From Candidatus Spongiisociaceae bacterium (GTDB lineage: Bacteria; Actinomycetota; Acidimicrobiia; Spongiisociales; Spongiisociaceae), in contig OZ253564.1 in the NCBI GenBank assembly GCA_965262915.1, positions 4,032,001 through 4,096,000 of the forward strand: a DNA stretch of 64,000 bases, written 5' to 3'. The notes below the pieces were generated by a model. That model saw nothing but the letters and a program-made list of their open reading frames with translations. It was not told the DNA's origin and ran no database searches. The translations under genes and the position numbers were made by a program. Each line of letters begins with the position of its first letter. Position 1 is the stretch's first letter. Below, in pieces: positions 61,173 to 64,000 of this stretch.

Positions 61173-63548
61173 CTAGCCACCGGCTTGGTCGATGAGCGTC
61201 CACAGCCGGCTCGGAGTGACCGGCGTCCGGTCCACCTCGACGCCGAGGTGGGAGAGTGCGTCGCCCACCGCGTTGGCCAGCGCCGCAGCGGCCGGGAAGC
61301 ACCCCGACTCTCCCATCCCCTTGAAACCGCCCTCGGTGTGGGGCGAGGGGGTCACCAGATGATGGATCTCGAAGTCGGGCAGGTCGGTGAAGGACGGCAA
61401 CAGGTAGTCCATCAGGGACGACGAGAGGAGCTGTCCCGTCTCGTCGTCGTAGACGAACTCCTCGAGGATCGCACCGCCGAGACCCTGAGCGAGCGCGCCG
61501 TGTATCTGGCCCTCGACCAGCAGCGGGTTGATGACGGTGCCGCAGTCGTCCACGACCACGTACTTGACCCAGTCGATCTTGCCGGTGTCGATGTCGACGT
61601 CCACCACCGCCACGTGGGTGCCGTACGCAGTGGTGAAGTTGGCCGGGTCGTAGACGTAGGTGGCTTCGAGACCGGGCTGGTCTCCCTCCGGGATGCGGTG
61701 AGCCCAATAGGCCTGCTGGGCGACCTCGGCGAGGGTAAGAGACCGCATCTCCTCGGCGCCCTTGACCGATATCCGGCCGTCGCTGTAGCCGACATCCTCC
61801 GGGTCGGCCTCGAGCAGACTGGCCCCGATGCGGACCGCCTTCGCCTTGATCTCCTCGACGGCCTTGATGACGGCCACCGCCGCGACGTTCGACCGGCTCC
61901 CGGCCGAACCGAAGCCCGTATACGGGGTCTGGTCCGTGTCTCCCCAGACCACCCGCACGTTGGAGATGTCGATCTCCAGGTGCTCGGCGGCTACCTGAGC
62001 CAGGGTGGTCTCGGTGCCCTGACCGATGGGGATCATCCCCGTGTACAGGGTTGCCCTTCCGTGGGGATCGATCTTGACCGTCGAGCCCTCGTAACCCCCG
62101 GTGTAGTAGTCGAGGAAACCCAGGATGGCCGAAGGCCCGAACCCGGACACGTGGATGTAGGAGCCGATACCGACCCCCCGGTATATCCCCTGCTCCCGCA
62201 GGCTCTGCTGTTCCTCGCGCAACTCGTCGTACCCGACCGCGTCGAGGGCCTTGGCCAGCGCTTCCGGGTAGTTCCCGCTGTCGTACACCGCGCCGCCCGG
62301 ACTGAAGTACGGGAACTCGTCGGCCCCGATCATGTTCCGCCGCCGCAGTTCGGCGGGGTCGATGCCGAGCCGGCGGGCCGTCTTGTCGACCATCCGCTCG
62401 ATACCGAACATCCCCTCCGGACCGCCGAAGCCGCGGAACGTGCTGTTGGGGGTCTTGTTGGTGGCGACGCCCACCACGTCGCAGTGGTAGTTGGCGATCT
62501 TGTACTGGTTGACGGCCGAGGCGCCGGTGACCCAGGCGGGACCTATACCGACGCTGTGGAGGTGGGCACCCTGATCGCTGAGGACCCGTCCCTTCAGACC
62601 GAGAATGGTCCCGTCGGAGCGGGCGGCCAGCTGCCACTCCTGGACCTGCTCCCGGCCGTGTACGGTGGCCCGCAGGGCTTCCCGCCGATCCTCGATCCAC
62701 TTCACAGGACGGTCGAGCTTCATGGCGGCCAACGAAACGAGGATGTCCTCGGGGTAGCGATCCCACTTGTTGCCGAACGCCCCGCCGATGTTCGGCGTGA
62801 GTATCCGGACCGATGTCTCGGGTATGCCGAGGGCCGCGGCAAGCTCCGTGCGCAGCAGGCTCGCCACCTGGCTCTCCGAGTGGAGGGTGAGCGCCTGGCG
62901 GAGGTAGTCCCATTCGGCCACCAGACCTCGAGTCTCCAGCGGAACGCCCGAGTAGCGGCCTATATGGAAGCGTCCGGAGACGATCTCATCAGCCTCCTCG
63001 AAGGCCCCGTCGATGTCCCCCGCCACCCCCAGCGCGTTGATCCCGGGGAAGGTGTACTCGATGATGGCGTTGTCGCCCATGTGCTCGTTGATCACCGGCG
63101 CGCCGTCCTCGAGAGCGGCCTCCACATCCACGACGTGGTCGAGCACCTCGTAGTCCACATCTATCAGATCGAGGGCGTCCTCGGCGATGTACCGGGAGTC
63201 GGCCACCACGGCCGCCACCGGTTCGCCCACGTACCTGGCCTTGCCGGGCGCCAGGGCAGGAGTGTTGGTCTCCTTCTGTCCGGGCAGCCGCCAGATGGTC
63301 GGGAACGCCCCGATGCCTGCGAGGTCGTCGGCTGTCAGTACGCAGTGGACTCCGTCGAGAGCCTCGGCCGCCGACGGGTCGATCCCGTCGATGCGGGCGT
63401 GGGCGAAGGGACTGCGGAGGATGGCCATGTGGAGGGTGCCCGCCGGCTCGATATCGGCGATGAAGCGGCCCCGGCCACGGATGAGGGGGGCGTCCTCCCT
63501 GCGCGGCGCCGAAACCCCGATCCACCGAGTCTCCTGCGTCGTGGTCAT
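61173..63548 (-). CDS. Xanthine dehydrogenase-family molybdopterin-binding subunit
   Basis: GGAFGNK, TFRGFG, GQG, GSAGSRS and FKGMGE. Confidence 0.93.
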   Translation of the reverse strand: MTTTQETRWIGVSAPRREDAPLIRGRGRFIADIEPAGTLHMAILRSPFAHARIDGIDPSAAEALDGVHCVLTADDLAGIGAFPTIWRLPGQKETNTPALAPGKARYVGEPVAAVVADSRYIAEDALDLIDVDYEVLDHVVDVEAALEDGAPVINEHMGDNAIIEYTFPGINALGVAGDIDGAFEEADEIVSGRFHIGRYSGVPLETRGLVAEWDYLRQALTLHSESQVASLLRTELAAALGIPETSVRILTPNIGGAFGNKWDRYPEDILVSLAAMKLDRPVKWIEDRREALRATVHGREQVQEWQLAARSDGTILGLKGRVLSDQGAHLHSVGIGPAWVTGASAVNQYKIANYHCDVVGVATNKTPNSTFRGFGGPEGMFGIERMVDKTARRLGIDPAELRRRNMIGADEFPYFSPGGAVYDSGNYPEALAKALDAVGYDELREEQQSLREQGIYRGVGIGSYIHVSGFGPSAILGFLDYYTGGYEGSTVKIDPHGRATLYTGMIPIGQGTETTLAQVAAEHLEIDISNVRVVWGDTDQTPYTGFGSAGSRSNVAAVAVIKAVEEIKAKAVRIGASLLEADPEDVGYSDGRISVKGAEEMRSLTLAEVAQQAYWAHRIPEGDQPGLEATYVYDPANFTTAYGTHVAVVDVDIDTGKIDWVKYVVVDDCGTVINPLLVEGQIHGALAQGLGGAILEEFVYDDETGQLLSSSLMDYLLPSFTDLPDFEIHHLVTPSPHTEGGFKGMGESGCFPAAAALANAVGDALSHLGVEVDRTPVTPSRLWTLIDQAGG

Positions 63549-64000
63549 GTGCTCACCCCTTCCTTGGACATCTCGGCGGCGGCGGCCTGAATCGACTCGA
63601 CGATCTTCTGGTAGCCGGTGCACCGGCAGATGTTGCCGCCCATCTCTTCTCGTATCTGCTGCCGGCTCGGGTCCGGGTTACGCGACAGGACGTCGATACC
63701 GGCCAGGATCATCCCCGGAGTGCAAAACCCGCACTGCAGACCGTGGTACTCGGAGAAGGCCCGCTGCATGGGGTGCAGCGCGTCGCCGTCGCCTATCCCC
63801 TCGATCGTGGTGATCTCGGCACCCTCGGCCTGTACGGCGAAGAGCAGGCAGGACCTGACCACCTCCCCGTCGAAGAGGACCGTGCATGCTCCGCACACGC
63901 CATGCTCGCAACCGAGATGGGTTCCCGTGAGTCGCAGATCCTCGCGGATCGCATCGGCCAGCGTCTTGCGCGGTTCGACCGAAATCGTCCTGCTAGTGCC
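63545..64000 (-). CDS. (2Fe-2S) small subunit (5' end outside window)
   Basis: GCEHGVCGAC, QCGFC and NICRCTGY. Confidence 0.93.
   Translation of the reverse strand, partial: GTSRTISVEPRKTLADAIREDLRLTGTHLGCEHGVCGACTVLFDGEVVRSCLLFAVQAEGAEITTIEGIGDGDALHPMQRAFSEYHGLQCGFCTPGMILAGIDVLSRNPDPSRQQIREEMGGNICRCTGYQKIVESIQAAAAEMSKEGVST

Noticed and set aside
61098-63590. 830-aa plus-strand ORF, and similar long ORFs at 36187-38049, 49796-51775 and 1059-2351
   Set aside because: Antisense shadows of well-supported genes in high-GC DNA; no motifs.

Overview
High-GC actinobacterial-type DNA. SLH proteins, leaderless promoters, a PaREP1 gene and an MNT-HEPN fusion suggest Acidimicrobiia, possibly a marine or sponge symbiont MAG (inference). 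The window is dominated by N-heterocycle/purine-pyrimidine catabolic paralogues: two BMP binding proteins with an ABC transporter, three AtzA/MtaD-type amidohydrolases, two NdmA-like Rieske oxygenases, two xanthine-dehydrogenase-family clusters with CoxD/E-like chaperones, three CDA-fold deaminase domains, dihydropyrimidinase, a beta-ureidopropionase-like nitrilase, a GcvT-like demethylase and LysR-aceA. These are interleaved with conflict and mobile modules: an NrtR gene divergent from a vWA-ARPP-1(DUF6569)-like fusion, a helicase remnant, MNT-HEPN, AbiE-like, TacAT and BrnT-like pairs, a repeat/HNH-like/TM protein, an SLH-HNH-Excalibur surface nuclease, a dead IS982-like element splitting a TIMP-like gene, two MITE copies and TAG-bearing heptamer arrays. 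Several single-base frameshifts are either decay or assembly errors. No rRNA, tRNA or CRISPR array was seen. Family assignments come from motif recognition, not database searches.
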